Counted from the stretch's first letter, positions 9,492-19,517 are shown. The stretch is 41,673 bases of DNA from Gammaproteobacteria bacterium (GCA_046590885.1 JBKJTS010000027.1:1-41673); one strand, 5' to 3'. Notes: a model not told the origin generated them from the letters alone. A program made the numbers and translations.

Positions 9492-10274
9492 TTATCGGGC
9501 GCGCTTAAGACTGGCCTGCGTAAAATCGTCCTCGGTCAAGCCGGTACGAAACTTATAATTATTCCATTTTAACAGAGTACTCTTATCTGTTTGGTGATTA
9601 AGCATAAACATTTCATCAGGCCGCCAGTGTTTTTTCAAGTATTGCTTATATCCTTTAAATGTCAATGTTTTCAACAGACTATCCTTGCGATCATAAAATT
9701 CTATTTTTAATGGGCGATATTCAGCCTTGTCAATCCAGGTTATTTGTCGTTTATATCCCGAGTATTTATTTACCGGATACCGTTCGACTACAAAACATGG
9801 CTGCCCCTCATATACTTCATCACGCAAATATTTATAGGTGTATTTTTCAACCTCCTGAGAAGCAAAATCTTCATAAGAAAATTCGCTTCCCATAAAGGAT
9901 CCCGACTTATTGTCAGAGGCAATACGCTTGACACGCTTGAGTGCCGGCAGATACATCCATTGGTCATCATCATCCACTTTGTGTGAAAAAGTTAACATAG
10001 TTGTTCCCTGGACATCTACAGGGGCATCGAAAATCATCAAGCTCTTGTCGCCATCTCCCTTAACTTCCAGGGTTAAAATACGAATGGTACGTTGACTTTC
10101 CTCCCCTTGCTTGTTTTTGAGAATCATATTCATATCTGCAGTAACGTCAACAAACCCTAGATCCCGGCGCTCGGTCTCCACTGCAATGGATCGTCCCTTT
10201 TCCTCAGCGGATTCGGCATGCCCACTAAGGGGCATCAGGCATAGTGCGATCAATAACCAGATTTTTCTTATCAC
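9492..10274 (-). CDS. LolA-like outer-membrane lipoprotein-sorting family periplasmic protein
   Basis: 260 aa with a GTG start preceded by GGAGG. Signal peptide MIRKIWLLIALCLMPLSGHA. Its size and sequence character match LolA-like partners of COG1033/MMPL exporters. The family call is from memory, not from a search. Confidence 0.65.
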   Translation of the reverse strand: MIRKIWLLIALCLMPLSGHAESAEEKGRSIAVETERRDLGFVDVTADMNMILKNKQGEESQRTIRILTLEVKGDGDKSLMIFDAPVDVQGTTMLTFSHKVDDDDQWMYLPALKRVKRIASDNKSGSFMGSEFSYEDFASQEVEKYTYKYLRDEVYEGQPCFVVERYPVNKYSGYKRQITWIDKAEYRPLKIEFYDRKDSLLKTLTFKGYKQYLKKHWRPDEMFMLNHQTDKSTLLKWNNYKFRTGLTEDDFTQASLKRAR

Positions 10275-12555
10275 GTCCTCTTTCCTCCAGCTTTATTAAT
10301 AAAGGAGCCAACAATAAATATTCAGCCACCGCAGCAAAAGCAATAGTAATCGCTGCTAGCAATCCCATGCCAGAATTAATCTCAAATGAAGATAATGTTA
10401 AAACCAGAAACCCTGACACTAGAATAAGTGATGTGACCCACACCGCCATCCCTACGGTAGAAAACGCATACCGAACTGCATCTTCTGCACTTAGTTTCAT
10501 TTCACGTTTGGCTTGAAGATATTTACTCAAAAAATGGATGGTATCATCCACTACAATACCAAACGTCAAGGTTGTTATTACAGATAATGATAATCCTACC
10601 TGACCTACCAGCAGTCCCCATAAGCCAAAAGCCATGCCAATAGGAACCAGGTTAGGAATTAAGCTAATCAAGCCTGCACCCACACTGCGAATCGCGATCA
10701 TAATAACCAGTGATGTCAACACTAAACTGAGCAGGTTACCATTAATCATACTACGAATATTACGATCCCCGATATGAGCAAACATGACTGACGTACCGGA
10801 ACCATGACTTGCCATAGCTACCGGTGCATTATCCGCCAACCATTTTTGAGCACTTTCTTCCAGGGTGAGAATTTCCCGGGTGGTCACGTGCCCTAATGTA
10901 ACTACCATGCGCGTTGAAGATTTATCAACATTAATCTGATCATTTAAATCCAGACCAAAAGGTAATGACATTTCATACAGCAAGAGATATTGTGCACTTA
11001 ATTCACGTGATTCAGGAATGCGGTACTCTGCAGGATCATCACCATGCATATTTTTATTGAGGCGCTTCATGATATCTGTGAGTACATTTACATGGACTAC
11101 TTGGGGTTGCTGGCGGTACCACTGGGCAAATTCCTCAAGTTTTTTCAGATAGTGAGGATTATTGACTCCACCACTTTCTTCCGCACTTAAAGAGTATTGT
11201 ATCTGGTTTACACCTGTAAGGTTCTCAACCATAAAATCAGTATCAATACGAAAATCAACAGTTTTATCGAAATATTTTACAAAATCATCGTTTAGTTCAT
11301 TTCGGGGAATAAATGCCACGAGAAAAATCGTGATAATTGTCATGACCCATAAAATGGGGGTACGTCGGCGAATCACAAATTCACCAAATCGTTCCATCAT
11401 GGCTCCGTCATGCACCTTGCCGGGCTTGACATGTATTGGCACTATCGCCATTAGCGCGGGCAGAAACAGGATGGATAACGCCCAAGCGGCGGCAACACCG
11501 ATTGCCAGTACATTGCCCAAATCCCTGAAAAGTGGCACCTCACTAAAATTCAGGGTAAGAAATCCAATGATAGTAGTGATACTGGTAAGAAATATCGCCG
11601 AGAGATTGACCCGTAGTGCCTCAATAATTGCATCATTTTTACTAAGCCCGGCGCGCATGCCATGCAACATAGTCAAAAGCACGTGAATACTGTCTGCAAC
11701 TGCCACTGTTAATATTACAGTTGGGGCAGTTGCAGTGGGAGCGGAAAGGGGGATGCCCACCCAGCCCATCATGCCGAGCGCCGCAATCACAGAAAAAACG
11801 ATCACCAATAAGGTAACAATGGTGCTTGAAAATGAACGTAGAGTGAGTGCCGTCACCAGCAGAATAATGCCATACATAACAGGCATCAGGGTTTTCAAAT
11901 CCTTTACGGATGATTCCTGAAAGGCATTATTAAAAGGCAGCATGCCAGTTAGATAGATATCTACATTTGGATTGCGAATTTTGGTCTGCTCGGCTAATTG
12001 ACGAGCGTAGGCCATCACTTCAGTGGTCTCCGTCAACTTTTTTTCCGGCAAAATAATAGTTACATTCACCCCGGTAACATGTGCCCGTGGAGAAATGATG
12101 CGATTTAGTAATAGGGGATCAGTCAGAGCAACTTGTTTAATTTCAGCCAGCCTCTCATCGGACAAAGAGGCAGCATTTTCAACAAGATTTTTTACAACGA
12201 GATCATCACCTTCCGCATGGGTATATTGAAAATTGGTAATCGAATCGACCCGTTTTGAAAACGGCATTTTCCAGCTCTGCTCAGTTAACCACTCCAGGGT
12301 AGCCAGGGTTTCACGGGTGAATACCTTGCCATCTTTCGGGGCAACAACAAACATGACATTATCATTTTTACTGTAGGTATTCTGTAACTGGTCGAAAGCT
12401 GTTAGCTGCGGATTATCCTTGCTGAAATAAGCGCGGTAACTTCCTGATAACTCTATATACTGAGCGCCACTACCTATTGCGCCAATAATCAGCAACGTAG
12501 CAATTACAATTAGCCAGCGCCAACGAATCACCCAACGAGAAAAAGTCAGCGCCAT
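10225..12555 (-). CDS. MMPL/RND-superfamily exporter (COG1033-type, 12 TM, two periplasmic loops)
   Basis: 776 aa. The N-terminus WRWLIVIATLLIIGAIGSGA, followed by a large loop, and two SSD-like 6-TM bundles are typical of predicted RND-superfamily exporters. Confidence 0.8.
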   Translation of the reverse strand: MALTFSRWVIRWRWLIVIATLLIIGAIGSGAQYIELSGSYRAYFSKDNPQLTAFDQLQNTYSKNDNVMFVVAPKDGKVFTRETLATLEWLTEQSWKMPFSKRVDSITNFQYTHAEGDDLVVKNLVENAASLSDERLAEIKQVALTDPLLLNRIISPRAHVTGVNVTIILPEKKLTETTEVMAYARQLAEQTKIRNPNVDIYLTGMLPFNNAFQESSVKDLKTLMPVMYGIILLVTALTLRSFSSTIVTLLVIVFSVIAALGMMGWVGIPLSAPTATAPTVILTVAVADSIHVLLTMLHGMRAGLSKNDAIIEALRVNLSAIFLTSITTIIGFLTLNFSEVPLFRDLGNVLAIGVAAAWALSILFLPALMAIVPIHVKPGKVHDGAMMERFGEFVIRRRTPILWVMTIITIFLVAFIPRNELNDDFVKYFDKTVDFRIDTDFMVENLTGVNQIQYSLSAEESGGVNNPHYLKKLEEFAQWYRQQPQVVHVNVLTDIMKRLNKNMHGDDPAEYRIPESRELSAQYLLLYEMSLPFGLDLNDQINVDKSSTRMVVTLGHVTTREILTLEESAQKWLADNAPVAMASHGSGTSVMFAHIGDRNIRSMINGNLLSLVLTSLVIMIAIRSVGAGLISLIPNLVPIGMAFGLWGLLVGQVGLSLSVITTLTFGIVVDDTIHFLSKYLQAKREMKLSAEDAVRYAFSTVGMAVWVTSLILVSGFLVLTLSSFEINSGMGLLAAITIAFAAVAEYLLLAPLLIKLEERGRDKKNLVIDRTMPDAP

Positions 12556-12570
12556 ATTATCGATTTCCTA

Positions 12571-13176
12571 TTAAGCTGCAACACGCAACGTCGCAAGATA
12601 ATGCGTCAAGCCTTCTCCGCACTCGAACAATAAATTAATATCATTAGCATTTCTTGCCATGCCAACACACCCTTCGATGCCTGCGACAATGAATGTTGCA
12701 GCCGTATGTGGATTGATTTCAGAACGCACTGAATGATTGTGTTGGCCTTTCATCAAGGCCTGACTAATCGCCCCACGCCAGTCAATATAAATATTATTTA
12801 TACGTTGCCGGAACCCTTCATCCACAAGTGACATTTCCTGGGCTAAATTATTGAGCAGACAACCACTTTGCATACACTGCTGCCCCATATTCTGCGCGAC
12901 TTGCTGCAGAATACCCAGCAAGCTATCAATCGGATTTTCATGTACGGCTAACGGGTTTATCCAGTAATTGACTATTTCTTCACGAATAACGTCATCAATA
13001 ACAGCATACCCCAGCGCCAGTTTATTTGGAAAATGATGGTACAACGCACCTTTGGTGAGGCCAGTGTGAGATAAAATATCGGTTAGGCTGGCGGCCTGAA
13101 ATCCATTACGTTGAATTTCAAGGTAAGCCGCCTCAAGCAGGGTTTTGCGGGTTAGATCAGGATTCCTAGATCTCAT
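12571..13176 (-). CDS. TetR/AcrR family transcriptional regulator
   Basis: 201 aa. The N-terminal HTH is TRKTLLEAAYLEIQRNGFQAASLTDILSHTGLTKGALYHHFPNK. It lies 15 nt upstream of the MMPL gene and is co-oriented with it. Confidence 0.9.
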   Translation of the reverse strand: MRSRNPDLTRKTLLEAAYLEIQRNGFQAASLTDILSHTGLTKGALYHHFPNKLALGYAVIDDVIREEIVNYWINPLAVHENPIDSLLGILQQVAQNMGQQCMQSGCLLNNLAQEMSLVDEGFRQRINNIYIDWRGAISQALMKGQHNHSVRSEINPHTAATFIVAGIEGCVGMARNANDINLLFECGEGLTHYLATLRVAA

Positions 13177-13316
13177 ACCAACCAGTATGTATGTTTCTTG
13201 ATGTTATTGTCAATATTAGCCTTTCAAACGCAAAACGTTGGATTACTGTCACAATCAAGTGCGATTAGTCCCTATGTATGGGAAAATGCGGTTTTATTTG
13301 AAGATTAATAGGCCTC

Positions 13317-16300
13317 ATGACAATATCGCCCTCCAGTTTCATAACATTAGAAATACCTTCCCCTAACCTGAGTCCTTTTAACCCGGTTTTACCTCCCAAA
13401 CCGGGTGAACGGGTATTTTGGGGGAATCTGCACGGCAGCAGCATGGGCTTGGTGATAAGTACCGCTGCCCAAACACACACAGGGCCGCTCTTGGTCATAG
13501 CCGCTGACGTGTCCAGCGCCCAGCGCCTGGAATATGAGTTGCGTTTTTACGCATGCGTGCCAGATAGCGCCAGTCTTATCCATGACTTACCGATACTCAC
13601 CTTCCCAGACTGGGAAACATTGCCTTACGACAATTTTTCTCCGCATCAGGACATCATTTCGCAACGCCTCGCGACTTTATATCAATTGCCGATGTTACAA
13701 CGCGGCATTGTGATTGTGCCGATTTCAACCTTAATGCACCGCTTGCCTCCGCGCAGCTATCTGGAGGGCAACAGCTTACTGCTGGACAAAGGACAGCACC
13801 TTGATATTAACCAATTGCGCAAACGCCTCGAATCCGCTGGCTACCAGTGCGTGGCACAAGTAATGGAACATGGTGAATTTGCAGTGCGTGGCAGCTTGCT
13901 GGATCTGTATCCTATGGGCAGTAACCTGCCCTATCGCATCGATCTGCTGGATAATGAAATTGACAGTATCCGCACGTTTGATCCAGAAACCCAGCGTTCC
14001 GTAGAGAACATCGAACGCATTCGGCTTATGCCAGCACGTGAGTTTCCTCTCGATAAAGATGCGATTACCCGATTCCGCCAGGCCTACCGCACCTGCTTCG
14101 AGGGTGATCCACAAAAAAACATGATCTATCGCGATGTCAGTAATGGCATTACCCCAGCGGGCATCGAATATTACCTGCCATTATTTTTTAACGACACACA
14201 GACGTTATATGATTATTTACCGTCTACATGCCTGGTGATAATTGCAGAGGGTGCAGAACAAGCCGCCGCCGATTTCTGGCATGAAATCACTGCACGCCAT
14301 GAGCAGCGCCGCCATGATATTGAGCGGCCACTGTTGCATCCCACAAAAATTTTCCTTCAGGCCAATGAAGTTTTTGCGTCTATAAATCAGAATTTTCCGC
14401 GAGTAGCCTTACAACGTGGACGCAAAGGGGAGCTCGGCGTTGAACGTGCGGGGGTTTACAACTATGGCACACACCCCACCCCCACACTCACCCTTGTGCC
14501 ACGCGCCGCTCATCCTACCGCGCCATTGATTGAATTTTTAAATCACTTCCAGAAACAATTTCAAGGCCGCATCCTGTTCGCAGCTGAAACAGCGGGACGT
14601 CGTGAAAGTATCATTGGGATGCTCAAGGGATGCGATTTTTACCCCACCATCTTTAATAATTGGCAGGCATTTTTGAACAGCAGTGGCACATTAGGCGTCA
14701 CGGTGATGCCACTCGAACATGGCCTGCTAATTGATGAACCCCATATTGCAGTGATCGCTGAATCGCAAATTTTCGGCGATCAAGTTATGCAGCGTCGGCG
14801 ACGTAAGGCGCGCGGGGGCCGCGATGCAGATACACTGGTACACAACCTCGCCGAATTGCATATTGGTGCGCCGGTGGTACATGAAGAACACGGCGTAGGT
14901 CGTTATCTTGGCCTACAAACCCTGAATTTGGGTGTGTTGAACAGCACCGACCCTAATATACAAAGGGGCGAAACTGAGTTCCTCACACTGGAATATGCCG
15001 GTGGCGACAAGCTCTATGTACCCGTATCATCATTGCATCTGATCAGCCGCTACACGGGTGCCGCGCCAGAAAACGCGCCGCTGCATCGTTTGGGTAGTGA
15101 ACAATGGCAGCGCGCACGGCGCAAAGCCGCCGAACGGGTGTGCGATGTGGCCGCTGAATTACTGGATATATACGCACGCCGCGCGGCACGCACAGGACAT
15201 GCTTTTGCAGCACCCGACGAACAATATAGGGCCTTTGCCGCGGGCTTTCCTTTTGAAGAAACTCCAGACCAACAAAGCGCCATTCATGATGTATTGAAAG
15301 ACATGGTATCTGGTAAACCCATGGATCGCCTGGTGTGTGGTGATGTCGGGTTTGGCAAAACTGAAGTAGCAATGCGCGCAGTATTCATTGCGGTGCAGGG
15401 TGGCAAGCAGGTGGCGGTGTTAGTGCCCACTACCCTGCTTGCACAACAACACTACCAGAATTTCAAAGATCGTTTTGCCGACTGGCCAGTGCACATTGAA
15501 ATGCTGTCACGCTTTCGTTCCAAAAAAGAACAGGATGTTGCCATGCTCGGTATCAACAATGGCACAGTAGATATTGTAATTGGCACGCACAAACTTCTAC
15601 AAGGGGATATCACATTCAAGAATCTTGGGCTGGTGGTGATTGATGAAGAGCATCGCTTCGGGGTACGTCAAAAAGAACGCTTCAAAGCATTACGGGCTGA
15701 AGTAGACGTGCTGACGCTCACCGCAACCCCTATTCCGCGCACTCTTAATATGGCCATTGCAGGGCTACGTGATTTATCAATTATTGCCACACCTCCCTCG
15801 CGTCGACTTGCGGTAAAGACATTTGTTAGAGAATGGGACAAGGGATTAATTCAGGAAGCCTGCTTGCGGGAGATTAAACGCGGTGGCCAAGTGTATTTTC
15901 TGCATAATGACGTTGATACCATTGAAAGAATGGCGCAGCAGATTGAAGAGCTGGTGCCCGAAGCCCGCGTGCGTGTCGCCCATGGGCAAATGCGCGAGCG
16001 TGACCTGGAACATGTCATGTTTGATTTTTATCATCAACGGTTTAATGTGCTGGTATGTACCACTATTATTGAAACCGGCATTGACGTGCCAAGTGCTAAT
16101 ACCATAATCATGAACCGGGCGGACAAATTTGGTTTGGCACAATTGCATCAATTACGTGGCCGTGTGGGGCGATCACATCACCGCGCCTATGCGTATCTTA
16201 TTATTCCGCAGCACAGTCTTATCACTGCTGATGCTGCGAAACGTCTTGACGCTATTGAGGCACTGGAAGAATTAGGCGCAGGTTTTACACTTGCTACGCA

Positions 16301-16901
16301 CGATCTGGAAATTCGTGGTGCGGGTGAGTTACTAGGGGATGAACAAAGTGGCCAGATGCATGAAATCGGTTTCACGCTCTACACTGAATTGCTGGAACGC
16401 GCGGTTAAGGCATTAAAATCCGGTAAGCAACCGAATCTCGAACAACCTCTGGATAACAATGCAGAGATTGATTTGCATATTCCAGCTTTGATACCGGCCG
16501 ATTATCTACCCGACGTACATACCCGCCTGGTGATGTATAAACGGATTGCCAATGCCGCCAATGAAGAAGAGCTGCGCGAACTGCAAGTGGAAATGATAGA
16601 TCGCTTTGGGCTGCTATCTGAACCCATAAAGAGTTTGTTTCAAATTACCGCACTAAAACTCAAGGCACGTCCGTTGGGAATCCGCAAAATTGAAGCAGGC
16701 CCTGCGGGTGGGCGCATTATATTTGGCAAAGAACCTAATGTAGATCCACGCATCATTATTCAGCTTATCCAGACCCAGACACGCATCTACAAACTGGATG
16801 GTCAGGATAAGTTGCGCTTCACGATGCCGATGCCGGACAATACAACGCGTGTAGATACCGTAGAGAAAATACTTAACAAGCTAACTGCAAAATATATATA
16901 G
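13317..16901 (+). CDS. mfd: Transcription-repair coupling factor Mfd
   Basis: 1194 aa. UvrB-homology N-terminus, CarD/RID region (GAPVVHEEHGVGRYLGL). SF2 helicase motifs GDVGFGKTEVA, DEEHRFG, TATPIPRT and QLHQLRGRVGR. TRG and C-terminal autoinhibitory domain also present. Confidence 0.95.
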   Translation: MTISPSSFITLEIPSPNLSPFNPVLPPKPGERVFWGNLHGSSMGLVISTAAQTHTGPLLVIAADVSSAQRLEYELRFYACVPDSASLIHDLPILTFPDWETLPYDNFSPHQDIISQRLATLYQLPMLQRGIVIVPISTLMHRLPPRSYLEGNSLLLDKGQHLDINQLRKRLESAGYQCVAQVMEHGEFAVRGSLLDLYPMGSNLPYRIDLLDNEIDSIRTFDPETQRSVENIERIRLMPAREFPLDKDAITRFRQAYRTCFEGDPQKNMIYRDVSNGITPAGIEYYLPLFFNDTQTLYDYLPSTCLVIIAEGAEQAAADFWHEITARHEQRRHDIERPLLHPTKIFLQANEVFASINQNFPRVALQRGRKGELGVERAGVYNYGTHPTPTLTLVPRAAHPTAPLIEFLNHFQKQFQGRILFAAETAGRRESIIGMLKGCDFYPTIFNNWQAFLNSSGTLGVTVMPLEHGLLIDEPHIAVIAESQIFGDQVMQRRRRKARGGRDADTLVHNLAELHIGAPVVHEEHGVGRYLGLQTLNLGVLNSTDPNIQRGETEFLTLEYAGGDKLYVPVSSLHLISRYTGAAPENAPLHRLGSEQWQRARRKAAERVCDVAAELLDIYARRAARTGHAFAAPDEQYRAFAAGFPFEETPDQQSAIHDVLKDMVSGKPMDRLVCGDVGFGKTEVAMRAVFIAVQGGKQVAVLVPTTLLAQQHYQNFKDRFADWPVHIEMLSRFRSKKEQDVAMLGINNGTVDIVIGTHKLLQGDITFKNLGLVVIDEEHRFGVRQKERFKALRAEVDVLTLTATPIPRTLNMAIAGLRDLSIIATPPSRRLAVKTFVREWDKGLIQEACLREIKRGGQVYFLHNDVDTIERMAQQIEELVPEARVRVAHGQMRERDLEHVMFDFYHQRFNVLVCTTIIETGIDVPSANTIIMNRADKFGLAQLHQLRGRVGRSHHRAYAYLIIPQHSLITADAAKRLDAIEALEELGAGFTLATHDLEIRGAGELLGDEQSGQMHEIGFTLYTELLERAVKALKSGKQPNLEQPLDNNAEIDLHIPALIPADYLPDVHTRLVMYKRIANAANEEELRELQVEMIDRFGLLSEPIKSLFQITALKLKARPLGIRKIEAGPAGGRIIFGKEPNVDPRIIIQLIQTQTRIYKLDGQDKLRFTMPMPDNTTRVDTVEKILNKLTAKYI

Positions 16902-17332
16902 ACAGATTGCAGGGCGATTTATCAAACGCGCCGTCTGGCCACAGATACCCCCCGCCAAATCTAAACCCAGCAATGCAAACTAATATAGATTAAAGAAAAA
17001 ATTTAACTCTCATAATATGCTCTCTCTGTCTTTACCACAAATGATCTAGAAATGCTTGTTACATTATCTGTAGCGCTCGCCCAATTCTTCCACCTTACCA
17101 TCAAAAGATGGATTGAGTTTCCTCTCGCCGATTATCTACAGCAGAATACTATGGATAATTTAAAGTTAAAACAGGATGAGAAACGCGAGGAAATGAAGGA
17201 CATTAAAAATGCATAAATTGCGCCAAATCAAGCTACCCTGATTGGAGTTACCATCCACGCCGCTATCCAGCGTAGGGGAATGGGCAAGCAAATGATAACC
17301 TCCAGCGCCTCACTGGGGAGTGGAATCAAGCT

Positions 17333-18265
17333 TTACGGCAGAGCTCTGGCAAGGCGAAACCCGATGTAGTTGCTGCGACTTACTGCGGCAGAACCGATGC
17401 GATTTGCCACGCGTACGTTTTTGGCATCACCCTTCCAGGAGCCGCCCCGCAGTACCCGCCCGGTGCTAGAGCAGGTGGCCTCTGCCCAGGCGCTGCCGTT
17501 AGTGGGGGCGCCTACATAATCGTCATGATAGCAGTCTTCTACCCACTCCCATACGTTGCCGCTCAGATCATACACACCAAAATTATTGGCCTGCTTCTTA
17601 CCTACAGGCTGCTGATGATTACCGCTATTACCTTTGAACCAAGCCACCGCGTTGACGCTACGGCTGCCGCAATAGGTGTGGCTCTCCCCCGCACGGCAAG
17701 AATATTCCCACTCCGCCTCGGAAGCCAGTCGATAAGTACCACGGTCTGTGGCAGGTTTATGTTTGTTGAGCCATACGACAAAGTTCTTTGCTTCGTTCCA
17801 TGAAACATGAACCACAGGCGCATCGTTGCTGTAAGGGTTATATTTCATGAAGTCATCAGTCACCAGATCGGTCTCAGTGCCGTCTGTGGCAATGATGTAG
17901 CGCTTGAACTGGCCGAGGGTAACTTCGGTAGCGCCTAGCTGAAAGCGCGGGACATTGACACGATGCTGCGGTACTTCATTTATCAGTGCGTCTATATCAG
18001 GGGCCGAGCAATTTGCTGTGAGAGGGGCTTTCCCAAGGGCAGCACGCTTTTTATTGTCTTCGACTATCGCAACTGCCACTTGGCATGAACCCATTTCAAA
18101 ACTACCTGCTGGAATATCGACAAATTTCACGCCGATAAAGTTACTGAACTCACCTGCCTGCGCCAACCCTGCGCCAAGACTCAAGCCGAAGGACAGCACA
18201 ACGATCAAAAAGCTGGTGGGCCAGGATAATTGGGGAAACAAGGGGGAATGACGTGCTTGCAGCAT
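17333..18265 (-). CDS. Secreted FGE-sulfatase (SUMF1/PvdO/NirV-type) fold protein, paralogue 1
   Basis: I prefer the start at ATG 18265, which gives the signal peptide MLQARHSPLFPQLSWPTSFLIVVLSFGLSLGAGLAQA. Family motifs are DIPAGSFEMGS, PQHRVNV, EAEWEYSCRAG, GNVWEWVED and RVLRGGSW. The ORF-track extension to 18499 overlaps the upstream gene and has no signal-peptide logic. Confidence 0.8.
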   Translation of the reverse strand: MLQARHSPLFPQLSWPTSFLIVVLSFGLSLGAGLAQAGEFSNFIGVKFVDIPAGSFEMGSCQVAVAIVEDNKKRAALGKAPLTANCSAPDIDALINEVPQHRVNVPRFQLGATEVTLGQFKRYIIATDGTETDLVTDDFMKYNPYSNDAPVVHVSWNEAKNFVVWLNKHKPATDRGTYRLASEAEWEYSCRAGESHTYCGSRSVNAVAWFKGNSGNHQQPVGKKQANNFGVYDLSGNVWEWVEDCYHDDYVGAPTNGSAWAEATCSSTGRVLRGGSWKGDAKNVRVANRIGSAAVSRSNYIGFRLARALP

Positions 18266-18314
18266 GAGTAATTCACTGACCTTAATAAGAGTTGAAGAAA
18301 ATAATCTGGTTATT

Positions 18315-19460
18315 TTATCGAGGCAATACGCGCACAATGCGGAAACCATTGCCATAATACCAATTTCCCGGGGAAGCGCCCAAACGAGCCGTCGCACGTG
18401 CGAATTCTGCAGTAAATTTCCAGGAACCGCCGCGCAATACCCGTGCCGTGGTGGTATCACGGCGCCAAGAGGACCCACTAAGCGACCGAGTATCCGCATC
18501 GTATTTCTGTTGTTCCTCCAACTCCCGTTGGGCTTCCTCGCCGCCCTGATTCTGACGTGACTTGGATGCCATATTAATGCGCATCACACGGGCAACGCCC
18601 GGCCGCGCTTGCTTATCGCCGCTACTTTCAGCAGCGTCACTAAAAGTTTGGGTGGTGCCATCCATCCAGGCACTTCCGTCAGTAGGCGCCCCATGATAAC
18701 TGTCATGATAAACATCTTCGACCCATTGCCACACATTACCGCTCATACCGTAAAGTCCCCACGCATTTGGGGCCTTGCGCCCAACGGGTTGCTGATGCCC
18801 ATTGTTATTACCATCGTACCACGCTACTGCGTCAGGGTTATTGCTTCCGCAATAAGTGTGACTACCCCCAGCATGGCAGGCATATTCCCATTCGGCTTCG
18901 GAAGGCAGGCGGTAGCTGCCACGGTCACTCACCGGCTTGTTCTTGTTGAGCCATTCGACAAATTCTTTTGCTTCTTGCCAGGATACCTGAACCACGGGTG
19001 CATCATCACCAAATGCGTTATATTTCCTGAAATCGTCATTGATAAGATTCCATCCGGATGAGCCTCGCGTAGCCCCGGACGCGGCAGCATAACGCTTGTA
19101 CTGCCCAAGCGTAATTAAGGTTTTCCCCATTTGAAAAGCGGACACATGCACAGTATGCTGCGGGGTTTCGTTGTCATTTACCTTAACATTACTCTCCGAA
19201 CAGGTAGTTGCATGCAACGGTTGGCCAAGAAAGGCCCGCTTTTTATTTTCTTTATGAATGTCGGGGGTCACTTTACATGAGCCCATCTGGAAGCTACCAG
19301 CAGGGATGTCGATAAGCGTGATGCCCATAAAATTGATGAATTCACCTCCCTGCGCCCATACTTGCACAGGGCCGGTAAACAAGCCCAACAAGAGGGATGC
19401 AACGCAAGGAATAACTCGCAAGAAGAGGCGACACATTGAACGATGCAGTGTTGGGAACAT
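18315..19460 (-). CDS. Secreted FGE-sulfatase fold protein, paralogue 2, with a ~65-aa charged insertion
   Basis: I prefer the start at ATG 19460 (AAGGAG 6 nt upstream), giving the signal peptide MFPTLHRSMCRLFLRVIPCVASLLLGLFTGPVQVWA. It carries the same motif set as paralogue 1 (DIPAGSFQMGS, PQHTVHV, EAEWEYACHAG, GNVWQWVED, RVLRGGSW). Confidence 0.8.
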   Translation of the reverse strand: MFPTLHRSMCRLFLRVIPCVASLLLGLFTGPVQVWAQGGEFINFMGITLIDIPAGSFQMGSCKVTPDIHKENKKRAFLGQPLHATTCSESNVKVNDNETPQHTVHVSAFQMGKTLITLGQYKRYAAASGATRGSSGWNLINDDFRKYNAFGDDAPVVQVSWQEAKEFVEWLNKNKPVSDRGSYRLPSEAEWEYACHAGGSHTYCGSNNPDAVAWYDGNNNGHQQPVGRKAPNAWGLYGMSGNVWQWVEDVYHDSYHGAPTDGSAWMDGTTQTFSDAAESSGDKQARPGVARVMRINMASKSRQNQGGEEAQRELEEQQKYDADTRSLSGSSWRRDTTTARVLRGGSWKFTAEFARATARLGASPGNWYYGNGFRIVRVLPR

Positions 19461-19517
19461 AACCAGCTCCTTATGAAATAAATATTTAAGCTCTTTCATA
19501 ACATGGCAGACTCAAGG

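Noticed and set aside
17065-17076. 12-mer TATCTGTAGCGC shared by two intergenic regions (about 17065 and about 36227), with a related CTGTAGCGC at about 36055
   Set aside because: Roughly 50 identical 12-mer pairs are expected by chance in a 41.7-kb sequence. No extended similarity surrounds the matches.
17052-17216. 54-codon ORF (MLVTLSVALAQFFHLTIKRWIEF...KDIKNA) in the 431-nt gap after mfd
   Set aside because: It has no Shine-Dalgarno sequence and no recognisable family, and it falls below the ORF-track threshold. I cannot separate it from chance without comparative data.
18266-18499. Upstream extension of FGE-fold paralogue 1 (ORF-track start at 18499)
   Set aside because: It would overlap the 3' end of paralogue 2 by 185 nt and place about 78 non-hydrophobic residues ahead of an obvious signal peptide. 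The start at 18265 gives a normal secreted protein.
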